Source: Hormiphora californensis (Eukaryota; Animalia; Ctenophora). Taken from it: 64,000 bases of DNA. Shown piece by piece: positions 40,477 through 53,480 of this stretch (position 1 is the first letter of the stretch; every line of letters begins with the position of its first letter). Below the pieces are notes generated by a model. That model worked only from the letters and a program-made list of their open reading frames with translations. It had not been told where the DNA came from and made no database searches. Made by a program: the position numbers and the translations under genes. The stretch covers positions 2,728,001-2,792,000 of the forward strand of contig CM035352.1 of the NCBI GenBank assembly GCA_020137815.1, read 5' to 3'.

Positions 40477-40676
40477 AGGGATCCCTAAAAAAGTTCAGTA
40501 TTTACACAGCGTTTACACCAGAGCGCTGTGATTGGCTGAAATTTCTGACGATGGAAAATTTAAGCCAATCACAGCGCAGATTTCAAAATTTTTCTTCCCA
40601 CGCTACCGTGGGAAAAACTGAAATGGCTTAACTGGTGTAAACGCTGTGTAAATACTGAACTTTTTTAGGGATCCCT
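40477..40676. repeat. 200-bp inverted repeat/MITE-like hairpin with 44-bp perfect arms
   Basis: agggatccctaaaaaagttcagtatttacacagcgtttacacca and its exact reverse complement; inner inverted gcgctgtgattggct / agccaatcacagcgc. Confidence 0.8.
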
Positions 40677-41314
40677 AGCGCAAAACTCAAAAGTTTTCAC
40701 TTTTCCGTGGACTGCAGCAGGCATCCCCTGGACCCTGCTTGCGGGGCTCTGCGTCCTAAACTCCCGCTGGAGCTGGACCCTGCTCCCCCATAACGTGTGA
40801 CGAAGCGGGGCTTTGAGAGAAAGCTTCGCCCAGGCCCCGTTTCGTGCTTACTGATTTCCGATATGGAGTTTCCTTCTGGGCATTGTTGCCAGTTATGTTA
40901 CTTGTTTATACTTCACTACGTCATTTCTATTTGCTTCAAAGAGCCTACAAGTTTACAATTAAAGTTAAATTTAATAAGAAAGAGGCCTTCCCTGGACCCT
41001 GAAATTCAGGGCCTGAATGGGTCCACCTAAATAAATACCTAAATAAATACCTATTACAAGTTTGAAGTTACACTCATGTTGAAAGCGCCTAGGATTTATC
41101 AATGATCCTAGCCGCCGTTAAACGCTTTGAAAGCCTCTCTTTGATCGCAAAGTTCCATTCCAGTGCCGATCTCTAGTCGGTGGAAACACTCCAGCTAATA
41201 ACAGGTTACACAACAGTGTACCTTTTTTATTCTACCGAACACTACTCAGCAGTTAGCAGTGTACCCCTGTGGTCCCTCGTTGTAACAGAGTTTATCGTTT
41301 CCCACAGGAAAGCC

Positions 41315-42728
41315 ATGAAACTATCTGACTTCACGGCGTTATGCTTCGACATGGATTTCACCATGGTCAATTACAACCTTGATAACTTTATGCCATTCAT
41401 CTACCAGATCACAGCAGATTACCTTATTGATGTCAAGGGGTATTCCAGCAGTCTCAGAGTTTTTGAAGCTAATGACGTACGTATTCAAATTCCTCCAACT
41501 TGTCTCCTTACATACATTTTGATTTAGCTGTTCAAACCATTATTTCATAATTTCCAGGCACATTTTATGAGAAGAGGACTGGTGTTAGACTAAGCGAACT
41601 CACTGTGTTATTGATATAACCTCTAACGGAGGAATTAGAGCGGCCTACAGGGGGACAAAACGTTTATCAAATGGAGAGGTAGATCATTGTTTTTAACTGT
41701 TTCATTTTTAGCCTCGTAGTTATATAGTTTAAAAAATAGCAGTTCAAGATTTTTACCGTATTCCTGATTCCCCTCACTCTTCTCAGATATTCTACCACTA
41801 TCCAGACGGAGCATGGCCGGAATTCCAACGTTTCAGTGAGAACTTTGACTGTGAGAACAACAAACCACTCCACGAAGTCCCCTACTTTATATTCGACTCA
41901 GTGTTTGTTTCCCCGACAGTACCCCTTCTGATGAAGCAGCTAGACATCATATTCACTGATAACCACAGGGTGGACTCGCAGTGTAGGAACTTTTATGTAG
42001 ATCTCATTGCTTCCTTCGTCCACAACTTCAACCCTGATAACAATGCGGGCAGCTACTTCCCTAGCATTGAGCGACATATCGACATGTACATCCTAAAGGC
42101 CTCCACGGAGTTGAGGAATAAGTTGTTAGCACTGCGGGAGGGTGGTACTAAAGTAATTCTAATCACTGCATCTGATATCCCTTACACCGAACTCCTTATG
42201 ACGCACAGTTACGGAAAAGATTGGAGGAGCTTCTTTGATCTGGTCTGCTGTAAAGCGAGGAAGCCAGGTTTCTTCTCCACAACAGCCTACCGTCGGCCCT
42301 TCTTCAGGGATGGGATAGTGGTGGAGGAGTTAACAGGGGGAGGGACCTATATGGAGGGACATTGGACGAAGGTAGACAAGTGGGTGAGACATAACTCAAG
42401 TAAACCAGGTCGTATTGCATATATCGGGGACTCCTTTAAGTCTGATATAATTCCCACCAAAGTGGCAACCTCTTGGGACATTTTAGCGGTGGTGCTAGAG
42501 GGGAAACTAATGCACGTAGCAGCCTGTGAACACAAGAAATCAAGACCAGAAACTATTGGATGGAGTTCCTTCTTCGGTGAGAGGAACGATCCATCCATGT
42601 ACGCAGGCCGTTTGTTCGAGTTGGCTGATTTGACACTGACGGATGTAGAGGAATTGACACTATTGGGGGTTGATCAAGAAATGCCAACAAACAAAACCGG
42701 GAATTCCTTCACTTTTTCACCCTTTTGA
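41315..42728 (+). CDS. NT5DC1: 5'-nucleotidase domain-containing protein (NT5DC1-like, HAD family); exons 41315-41476, 41558-41678, 41787-42728; one apparent frameshift near 41595
   Basis: FDMDFT (HAD motif I), LITAS (II), ARKPGFF (III), YIGDSFKSDI (IV); GLVLD...AYRGTK pattern in exon 2. Confidence 0.8.
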
Positions 42729-43139
42729 GATATGTTGTGTATAGTTTTTAGCAGCAGTATATCACACATTTAGCAGAGAGAGTTTTAGTTTTAGATACAA
42801 ATCATCATACACTTGACTTCCCTTGACTTAGTTATCATAGTCAAGTTATTAATTGACTTATTTGACAGAAGTCACCACTCACCATCACTATAATAATTAT
42901 AAGAAATCATTAACCCTGGGTAGTCCGTCCGTCTGTGTGTGTGTGTGTGTGTGTTTTCTTATTATATATGGAGGTATAGTATGTCGAATCTAAATATATA
43001 TATTTCATACGAAAAATCTCCGCTTTTTACTTATTTGAATCGTCTTACTACCTCTTCAACAATAAACCTACAGCTCAACCTTCCCTATCTAGCAACACTA
43101 GGACCCTGGACTAGATCAGTGGTACTACTACATCGCACC

Positions 43140-43448
43140 ATGGCGATAGCTGCCTCAATATCATCCCGACTACAAAGTCGCTTCCTTCCCTCGGTTCTGC
43201 AAGTTATCAATGAAAGTTACATGCACAACGTCCCCAAAGACTCAGAGACCCATTTCAAGGTGGTGATAGTTAGTGAGCAGTTTGAAGGTATGCCTCTGAT
43301 CAAAAGACACAGGGCAGTTAACACTGAGTTGAGTGAGGAGATGCAGCAGATACATGCCCTCTCAATAGTTGCACGAACACCTAAACAATGGGAGGGTAGT
43401 CCTGAGTTTGCTGATAGTCCAAAGTGTATGGGTGGCTCAAAAAGGTGA
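43140..43448 (+). CDS. BolA-like protein (BOLA1 type); may carry a short upstream targeting peptide
   Basis: LQVINESYMHNVPKDSETHFKVVIVSEQFEG..LIKRHRAVN..IHALSI.ARTP.QW...SPKCMGG. Confidence 0.92.
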   Translation: MAIAASISSRLQSRFLPSVLQVINESYMHNVPKDSETHFKVVIVSEQFEGMPLIKRHRAVNTELSEEMQQIHALSIVARTPKQWEGSPEFADSPKCMGGSKR

Positions 43449-43617
43449 TCTGAAATGGGAATATTTTCGTGATAAAAAAGTCTAGTAAGTTGTGTATTTG
43501 TAAATGTGTGTTTTTGGTAATTTTGTGGACATTTTAAACCCTATTTGGTTACTCCTCCACACGACTACCCCCTTACAAACCCCATCTCTCAATTTCCTTA
43601 CCTTCCTAGCAAGTAGC

Positions 43618-45071
43618 ATGGATAACGGGGCACCAGATCAGATATTTGAAAATCAGGAAGAGGAAGAGATCCCTCCACCGGCCAGCGACGATTCACCCGC
43701 TGATTCTGCTGAACAGACTACCCCTGATGAACAGACTACTCCTGATGTAGTTCCTGGTGTAGTTCCTGCTAAATCCTCTGAGGATGTTTTACCCCCACAG
43801 GAGGCTGCACAATGTGAACCAGTGGATACACCTGCTGAACAAGTTGTTAATACACCAGTGGATGCAGCTGATGATTCTGCTGAAGCTATGGATGTAGATT
43901 CAGAACCTGCAGACGAAAGCGAAGTTGTACCTGCTCCTAGCGATTCTGTACCTGAGAGCAAGGCTGTATCTGAGCCTAGTGAAGCCGTGCCTGAGCCTAG
44001 TGCAGATAGTACAAAAGAAGCTACTGTATCATCTATTGAGCCCACCACAGAACAACCTGCTGACACTCCTGTAGAGGGCACCTCAGAGATGGAAACTGGG
44101 GAAACTGAAACAGTCCCAACACCGGCAGAGGAAGTTGTCCCAGAAGCCCCGGCAACTGAAGCAACCCCTGTCCCTCAAGCCCCTACAACTGAAGCAGCCC
44201 CAATTATTATTGAGACTCCAGCAGCTACTGAAGGAGGTCCAGTTACCAGTACAGCTGTTGTAGTTACAGAGACTGGGGAGGAAATGGAAGCTACTGTTAT
44301 TGAGCAAACAAATGCTGAGGTATGTCATCCCCCTCTTTCACCTGCTGAGGTATGTCACTCCCCTGAACCACCACAGCCGTGGGACCCCCTCCTCTTCCCC
44401 CTGGAACCCCCCCCCCCTCCACACACACGCCATGTTGTTCCCTAACACATTACCCCACACAGGGACACAAGACGATTGAGCTGTCTATCAACGGTAGCAT
44501 GGTTAGTGCTGAGGTGGTGGATGCAACTGCTACTGATACGACAGGTAATGCACAGTCTATGTAATAGCTCTTAATTCTTACTATTCCATATTCTCAATGT
44601 TGATAGTCGATTGTTTGTATTCCATATTCTCCCACAATCAACTGGGTGTTTTGAACAATATTACCCCCTGTTAACCCCCTAAAACACACAACCCCAATAC
44701 CAGGTGGTGAGCAGGAGAAGTTTGCAGAGATTATTGAGGAGGAGATAGAAGATAGTGGTACTCCTGTAGCAGCCCAGAAAGAGAAAGAGGCGGCAGTGCC
44801 ATCAGATGATGTAGTCACTTCAATGGAAACCACCCAACCAACACCCCAAGATGTACCTCAAGTACCACAACCCCCACAGAGGTATATTATTGAGGGTTCA
44901 ATTTTTTCAAGATGAATGGAGTAGTTTCTCTGTTTAGTTTCTCTGTAGATCCTATCCTATTTCTCGTCTGAATTCTCTGTGTGTGCTGCGTGCTATTCAT
45001 TCTCTGTGTGCTACTCATTCAGTGTAGTATGTGGCCAGCTGTGTGTGTGTGTGTGTGTGTGAGAGGCAGTG

Positions 45072-45161
<90 letters not shown>

Positions 45162-48100
45162 GCTTATTTATCTCCCTTCCTATCTCTATTCTCCCTCTCT
45201 CTATTCTCCCTCTCTCCTTCTCTGTCATTTCTTTCTATCTTGCATATATTCCTTCCCTCTCTACAATTTCTCCCTCGGCCTCATTTATATTCTCTCTCTC
45301 CCTTCTCTCTGTATTTCTCCATTCTCTCTCTCCCTCTCTCTCCCTCCCTTCTCTCTTTATTTCTCCATTCTCTCTCTCCCCGTTCTCTCTGTATTTCTCC
45401 TTTCTCTCTCTCCCTCCCTTCTCTCTGGACTTCTCTTATTTTACTCATCCTCATTTGTCTCTTCTCCCCTCTTCTTACCAATTATCTGATTTCATATGTT
45501 TCTAATATCCCTCCTCCTATTCCATCTCTTCACCCGTTTTATTATTTAATTTGGCTCTATCCCAAAACAAAACACAAATAATTTCCAATCCCAGGAGGCG
45601 TATCCAGGCGAAGGAGGATGCAGCTAAGAAACAGGATGAAACCATGTTGTTGTCGACCAAGAAGATTATTGATAGTACAGATGATGTGTTGAGGTCTGCT
45701 CAGGCGCTCCTGAAGAGTACGAACCAGTACGGCAGTGGAAGGGAAAAGAGGCAGAAGAAGAAGAAGCAGAAGGTAGTAGATAACCTGAAATTACGGGGCT
45801 GATCGGGAATTATGAGATGGACTGAAGTGATGTGTTTTTGACGGTGGGACTGGGATTCATTCTGAACGCGGGGAGGTGCGCGCAGCGGGACATGTGAGAT
45901 CAGTGGCTGTTGAAAGGATGCACTTTGTGCGCGCATTGAACACATTGAAAGTTAAGTGTTGTTAGCGTCCACGATAAACATAGCCCGCCCTTTGGAGAAA
46001 GGAAAGCTGTGCGATTGTTGTTGTACAGAGTGTCCCTGTAAGACTGTTCCCCCATTACTTCAGTAATTATCCCACCCGTCCATCCAGGCGGAAGCTCAGA
46101 AAGAGAAAGAGGTTGATCCCGATTACGATCCTGAAGATGAGTTCGATGACAAGCAGTTCCTTGCTCCTAAGGGTACGTAGCAAATAGTTAGACCCCTGAA
46201 TACTGCCAGAATAGAAGTATCTAATGCCCCCTCTCTCCTTCAATAGATCTAGAGAGTGCAGCGTTTGCTAGTAGGTTACCAGCGGACAGACTGACTAAAC
46301 AGGAGGCGATTAGTTTCTCTGATATTTTCAACGACAAAGAGAAACACCCACATTTCCTTTATATCAGGAACCGACTGGTAAGTTGAGGGTTGTGTGGCTC
46401 ACAATTCTCTGTGAGGATTCTGTAGATCACGATGAATGCACTCCATTATTCTAACACCTTCATTCCCAGTTGTATGTTTGGTTAGAGGACCCAAAGAAAG
46501 AACTAACTGTTGAGAGTGCCCTACCCAGAATTGAGCCCCCTCACCACGGTACGGAGAATGACTGAGGATTCTTCAAGTTAACAGATTTGCCACCGTTAGG
46601 GGAAGTGTATGGTGTAATTGTTCCCGCTCTAACTAATCCCCATCTCCCCTCAGATGATGAACGCCTGGTAAAGCTTGTATTCCAGTACCTAAACAGATAC
46701 GGTTTTATTAACTTTGGTGTCTACACCCCCACAGAAATTCCCCTCCCTACCCCCGCCGTCACTCCTAAAATCCTGGTGGTTGGTGCGGGTGTCTCTGGTC
46801 TCACAGCAGCCAGGCAACTCCAACACTTTGGTCTCAATGTAGAACTGATAGAGGCCCGGTCAGTAGTGGGCGGTAGAGTGTGTACATTCAGGGACGGAGC
46901 CCATACTGCCGATCTAGGAGCCATGGTAGTTACAGGTCTGGGTGGGAACCCTCTAGCAGTACTGGCTAAACAACTAAACCTGGAGTTAATGCCCATCAAA
47001 CAAGACTGTCCTTTGTACGAGTTCACTGGGCAGATGGTGCCCAAAGAGAGGGATGAGAGGGTTGAGAGGGAGTTTAATAGGTTGTTAGAGGCTACTACCT
47101 ACATGTCACATCAGCTCAATGTCAATAGTATCAATGGGAGACCTGTATCTCTTGGACAGGCTCTGGAGATCATCATCAAACTTCAGATCCGACAGGTATA
47201 GTTGAATATTGGGGTGGAATAATTTCAAATTTTGACGTATCTTTTTGTGTTCATTATCGTTTTATTGTTCTTTACATCTCCCCCTGTTCCTAGGTCAAGG
47301 AGAAGCAGCTGAGGCACGGTCGAGAGAGATGTGAGATACAGGACAAACTAAACCATATCCAACAAGCCCTCTTCCCACTGCACGAGAAAATCAAGGACTC
47401 CCACACCAAATATCTCGGTTAGATCAGATTATCTTTTTATTTTATCGATAGAATTGTGAACTATGTTTGTTAATTGAGTTACGAACTTCCAACATCAAAC
47501 CCCCGCCCCCTTTCTTTCCAGAACTAAAGATGAAGCACGAGGAACTGTCAGATCAACTGGGTGAAGTTATCAGGGATCAGAAGGCAGAGTTTGAGGTTAA
47601 CTCAGCCTACAAGGTCATGTTGGAAACATTCGCTGAGTACGATGGCCTCCTAAAGGAGCAGCAGGAGCTGGAGGTGAAGCTGACTAAAATGGAGCAGATG
47701 GTGCCCAATGAGATCTATATGACACCCCAAGAGAGGCATGTTCTGGATTGGCATTGCGCCAACCTGGAGTTTGCCAATGCAGCCCCTCTCTCCGCTCTCT
47801 CACTGAAGAACTGGGACCAGGATGATGATTTTGAGTTCACTGGAAATCATCTTGTAGTACACGATGGGTGAGTTGGTAGTAACTTGATCTAAGTTCTAAC
47901 CCTCCTTTACAATACACCTGCCGTATCTAATCGGGTGAGGGAGGGTCGAGCAAGGGACCGATCTGCTAGACCCTCTCTCATTCATTGAAATAGAACAATA
48001 CACTGGTGCAGTATGAGTTTCAGTATTCTCACTGATCCCACTCTGGCCCAGGATGTCCAAGATCCCGGAGGAGCTATCAAAAGGTCTAAATATCCGATAT

Positions 48101-49287
48101 AACACGGCGTGTGTGGGTATCAAGTATGGAGATGAAGGTGTAGAGATTACAACACGGGAAGTGAGCCAGCTGAATAACGGATGGGCTAATAATACCACAG
48201 AGACAACTACTGCTGACGCTGTTCTGCTTACCATCCCTCTTGGTAGGTCTGACCCCCTCCCCCGGTCAGACCCCTGTCTGAAACTGGGGAACCAGAACCG
48301 CTCTTTATTCTTTAGGGATTTGAAATGTGCTAACAATTCGTATGTTGGCAGGTGTACTGAAGAAAGAGAAGTTGAAGTTTGAACCGCCACTGCCTGACTG
48401 GAAGACGTCTGCAATTAAGCGAATGGGATTCGGAAACCTGAATAAGGTATTGCCAAGGCACCTTTAATTTCTGAAACTGATTGACACGAAATACCTTTCC
48501 CGAAACGCCTGTGTGTGTGTCCTATCTCAAACTACCACCCCATCCCCCCTCAGGTTGTGCTTTGTTTCAACAAGGTATTTTGGGACCCCAGTATTCACCT
48601 GTTTGGTCATGTCAGTAACTCCACCATCTCTCGAGGGGAACTCTTCTTGTTCTGGAGCATTTCCAAGGCACCAGTCCTCATTGCTCTGATCGCGGGAGAG
48701 GCCGCTACTGTGATTGAAACTGTACCAGGTAATTGGGGGAGAGATGTCAACTAGCTGCTTAGCGGTCGAGTTTTGGGATTTTATTTGGAATCACCAATGT
48801 GTGTTTTGAAGAGTCTTTTAATCTACCAAACCCCCTTTCAGATGAGGCAATTGTTGGCCGAGCTATGACGATACTACGGGCAATATTCGGCTTCCAAACA
48901 GTCCCCCAGCCCTGCAAACATCGCGTAACAAGATGGAGGGGCGACCCCTGGGCCCTTGGATCATATTCCTACGTGGCAGCCGGGTCAAGTGGAAATGATT
49001 ATGATGACCTTGCCCGACCTGTAGCACCGGTTAATGGTAAGCAAAACATATATCTCTCTTGGTTTCACAAATTAATCATACAATTTTACAAACAAACTCT
49101 GTACAAACTGTTCAAGATTTCTGAATCCCCTCTCTTTTCAGCTGCGACTGGTCAACCCAGATTGTTCTTCGCTGGGGAGCACACAATTAGGAACTACCCC
49201 GCCACTGTCCATGGTGCTATGTTGTCAGGTCTCAGGGAGGCTGGCCGAATAACCGATCAGTTCGTGGGACCTCCCTATGAAACATGA
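43618..49287 (+). CDS. KDM1A: Lysine-specific histone demethylase 1 (SWIRM, amine oxidase, Tower), ~15 exons, with long acidic N-terminal extension
   Basis: [82 protein letters not shown] (catalytic Lys), [23 protein letters not shown]. Upstream exons 43618-44319, 44463-44544, 44704-44881, 45595-45772 and 46088-46172 join in phase. Confidence 0.92.
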
Positions 49288-49598
49288 GGGGAGGGAGTGT
49301 GGACACTATATTTGTTGAAGCAAGGAAGAATGTTTCCGTTTTTATCGCATTATTATATCGAATTCAATTGTTTATGTTACAGAAACTCTCGATCTATTTA
49401 ACTTCTGGTGAAGCCCGTTGTTGTCGCTCTGTCTCCTCCCGACACTGTTCTAATAACTCATCCAGTACTGTTCTCGGTATTTCGGGCAGTTCCTGTGAGA
49501 GGGGTGTGTTTTAGTAACACGGTGTTACTGCGCGGCGCTAGTTACAATTACAAGATGGTACTGGTGCGCGCACACTCAATGCTGACATTACCACAGTT

Positions 49599-52268
49599 CT
49601 ATAAAACAGAGACCGCGCGGCGTACCTCAGGATCATCACTGGTGAGTTGTGACAACATTTCGTCAATCATCACAATCTTGTCATGTTCCACCTGTTTCTC
49701 CTTCAAGTTGCTGAGGACCCCTTCCCCAAGTTTATCTGCTGATTGGTCGTAGTGGCCTCGTAACCGTGATATCACATCAGTCTGGAGGAGAGCAGTAGTT
49801 TTGTAAAGGTTTGACACGGCTTGCCTCGAAGCTTCCGCCTTCCTCGACCTTGTTTCACCGGGTTTGAACAAAACAAGACATGACATCACGACAAGATTCT
49901 CCAACTCATTGAACACCCCTGATTTTGGAACAAACCTGTGCCGTCAATGTGGTACTCTGTGTGTCCCTGCTACACACACTCAGGGCACTACCCTCCTCAA
50001 CTATCAGTAGAGACTCGATCTCCTTCAGTCTCGTAGCCTCGCTAGGGGTCGCTCTAAAACCCTCATCTTCTAGCACCACAGGCAAATCAGGTCTTTCACT
50101 GACCTCCTGCAGGACACATATAAAGGAGGGTTAGAACATAACAACAGTTTGTATGTTTCTTTAGAATATCATACATATATTGTTGTTGAACAAAATGCAG
50201 GGGTCTATAACTGATTGATTGCTTCTGAATTGTGTAACATCACATTGCACAGAAGGAAGCAGCTTGGGAAAGTGTACCTGGTTATCAATATCCATTAACA
50301 GCTCATTAAGACGTTGTTTCTCCTCCTCGGTCATGGCTATCACTGAAGAGGCATCCTGGGCAAGTTCCTTATTCCTGGAAGATACTTTTAACTCAACAAC
50401 AAGATACAGAGTTAGGGAGCATAAAGGAGAGGTTAGAGCATGGATGACAATATAAAGGTGGCGCCGTGGCGGATTGGCCGATTGGCGGGGTCATCCAATT
50501 CTCTAGGAGTACAAACAACTGTACCTGGCGATGAAGTTCCTATTGTTTACAGATTTCTTATCCTCCTTAGCCCTCCTCAGCCCAGTACTACTTGCAGTTT
50601 TCTTGCTCCCTCGAGTGGTATTGGTCCTTGTAGAAGACAGTTTAGTAGTACTACTCTTTGCAGATATCGACACCGAATCATCCTCTATTTGTGTTGCAAA
50701 GATGGGTGGAAGGTCTGTTACAGAGGTGAGTTCTCCATCATCAATAATACTAACAGCCTCCCCCTCCTCCTGTTGCTGTTGCGATGGCGGTTCTACCAGA
50801 TCTTTACCAGCGTTGTAGAGTAGCAGCTGTCGGTTCATCACCTCTCTCTGCTTTTTAACCTGAAACATCGTGTCGTTATGAGTGAATTAACCATCTAAGA
50901 GACCAATATCACTGGGGGTAAGTAGGTAGAAGAACAACAAACCTCTTTCTCTTTCCGTACTATCATTTTGAGTTGGTTATCCAGTTGCTTCATCTTTAGG
51001 GCTGCTTTCCTGACTTTCTTATCCGGATGAATCGCCAACAATTCGTACATTCCCATTCTGAGAGTGGTGAAATTGGAAAGCACTGTGTGGTACATTATAC
51101 CAGATCTCACGAGAATGGACATTTTCTAATTCCTAAACCTACTTTTTAAAGACAGGTTTCTCTTCCTCTGTCTCCCCTGCTTGTGGTTCCTCATCCCCAC
51201 CAGCAGCAGACACACTTGTTGGTGGGCGAGTGGAGGCATCATCCCTCAGTGTTGACAGATCATCATCTGTCTGAGGCTCTGGGAGGACATCTTCCTCTCG
51301 GTCAGGTGTCTCCACTCTGACACCTGATCTTGGTGTCACCTCTGGAGTTATATCAATCGGAGGGAGCTTTAACTCGTCTTCAGCAGGTTCAGAGAGTTCT
51401 GTCTCTATGGAACCCAATGCTTCCTTAACAGCTTCCTCGTGACTCTCGAGGTGGGATGCTATCTCTTCCCCAAGGGAACCTGATAAAATAGAAATCTGTT
51501 AATCACACACTCTTGAAGACACAGCTGTTTACCGATCGAGATCCCCTTTGATTTGAATTCAAAAGTGCGATCGGTTCTGCCGCCCTAGAGAGCGAGAAAA
51601 TTACCAGCTGCAGGTTGCGAAGGACCCTCTCGAATCTCTCTTATCTCGGCCAGGAACTTCTCCAGCTCTTTATCAATCTTTAGATGAGCTTCCTCGTTTA
51701 GCTTTGAGGAGGGTAGTTCCCCCTCTTCAAATACAGAAACAGGCTTGTCAAGAAGGGACATCACTCCCGTGTTACTTTGTACTGTGTTTCGGAGGTTTGA
51801 AACCATTCCGTCCAAGAATTTCCTGGTTTCTTCACTAACTGGATGATCCTTTTTGACCTGAAAACAATTTTAGTATCACGAAGATCCATCGATGAGCTGT
51901 ATGTTGCTATCTGTGAGTAAAACAATTCTTTACCTTTTCTGGTTTTGGTACCGGGTTATTTTCAACCCACGATTCGGTTTTCTTCTGAAGGGCTATCCTA
52001 GACACAGCAGGAGGTGGTTCTGACCATGCTTCTCCAATTGTCGGTGGTCCCCAGCCTCCTTCAACCCTGAATAAAGTATCGAGATAAATGATATTTAGTA
52101 ATTTAGTAGTTACCAAAATATAATTTTATATACAGTTAGCTTTACTCACCCTGTTTCAGGCATTATCTCCATTGTGCTGGGAGTGTTCTGTGCCGAGGTT
52201 CGACGGACATGTGGCGATGTCAGTTTCTCGCGACGTGGATCATTCATATCTGTACTTTGTCTAGCCAT
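49599..52268 (-). CDS. FSIP1: FSIP1-like (fibrous sheath-interacting protein 1) coiled-coil protein, multi-exon
   Basis: VRKAALKMKQLDNQLK..RKEKEVKKQ and NFIARNKELAQD...MTEEEKQRLNELL match recalled FSIP1 motifs. Upstream exons from the ATG at 52268 splice in phase. Confidence 0.65.
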
Positions 52269-53480
52269 GGGGTGTATGGAATATTAATTAAATATTTTAT
52301 GAACGGCCTACGCTATACACACTGGCACACTTATCGCACTAAGAAGGGCTTCCCCTCTTCATTGTCAATAATGACCATCTGAGCAAAGAGACCTGAGTCG
52401 ACCCGAAAATCGAAATGATACGAATTACAAGGTTAAAAACGGTAAACGGATTACGAATACCATGGGGAACTGGAGATTGAATTCTAGAATTCGGATTATA
52501 GGGGTCCCTAATTCCCTTAAAATTCAGCCTTGATTCTTGACAGTTTTTACACAGACTTAATACACTCGTTTACGTTACAACCAGTCCCAGAGCGGCACGG
52601 CTCGTATTTTTTGCAGTATTTTTTTCGCCATGGCGGTCGCCGGTCAATTCAGTCAAATTCCTCGGTGACCGGAGGAATTTGTGTGATTGAATTGACCGCC
52701 GTGGCAAAAAGAAAATACTGCACATGCATGAGGGGGCACATTCCTGATTCCAGTGGCTCATTTCAAAACTTTGCGAACTTTTCGTGTTTTTTTTGGTTAA
52801 AAAGGTCAAAAAAAGTTTAAATTTTTAAAACGATTTCGCGAAATTTCGTTTCCACCGCGCGGCGTTCGGTAAAGTTTGCTGCAAACCACGCGCGGAGTCA
52901 GTTCAATTTCCAAATTTTGTTTGTTTTTTTGTTCCCGTTTTTTTTCTTCACTTTCAAAAGCGCTGCCTTTTTTTAGGCCAGCGTTAAAATCTGGGTGTTT
53001 TGGGAGTGCTGACAAACGGTTTTTTAGGGTTAGGGCTAAAGTAGGGTTAGGGTTAGGCCTTGAGATTCCCTACCAGATAAACTTTGAATCAGCCAAAACG
53101 GTTGAGTGGTTTGGCGGTTAGAGCCATTTTAGTGAATCAACTTTTTTGGCAGCGCGCACCTGTAAACAGGCCTCCAAACACCCAGATCGTAACGGCGCCC
53201 TTTTTTATATCCCGCGCTCGGCGCTGCCAACACTTCATATCACGCATCAAATCAATCAATCAATCAATTGTTGTCACGGATCATTTCCGAATAACATCGT
53301 CACCAGGGCTAAACTTTGTAGCAATTGGAGTTTTGAACTCGGCTTGCGCCTTGCAATAGTTACTGCTGCATTTTCTATGGAGGAACTAATTTATTATTTA
53401 ACCTTTTCTAAAAATTCTATGGTTAACCTTTTTTCCCTCCTTGCAGGATCAGGACACTTTATGGTATGTCCACCGGATAA

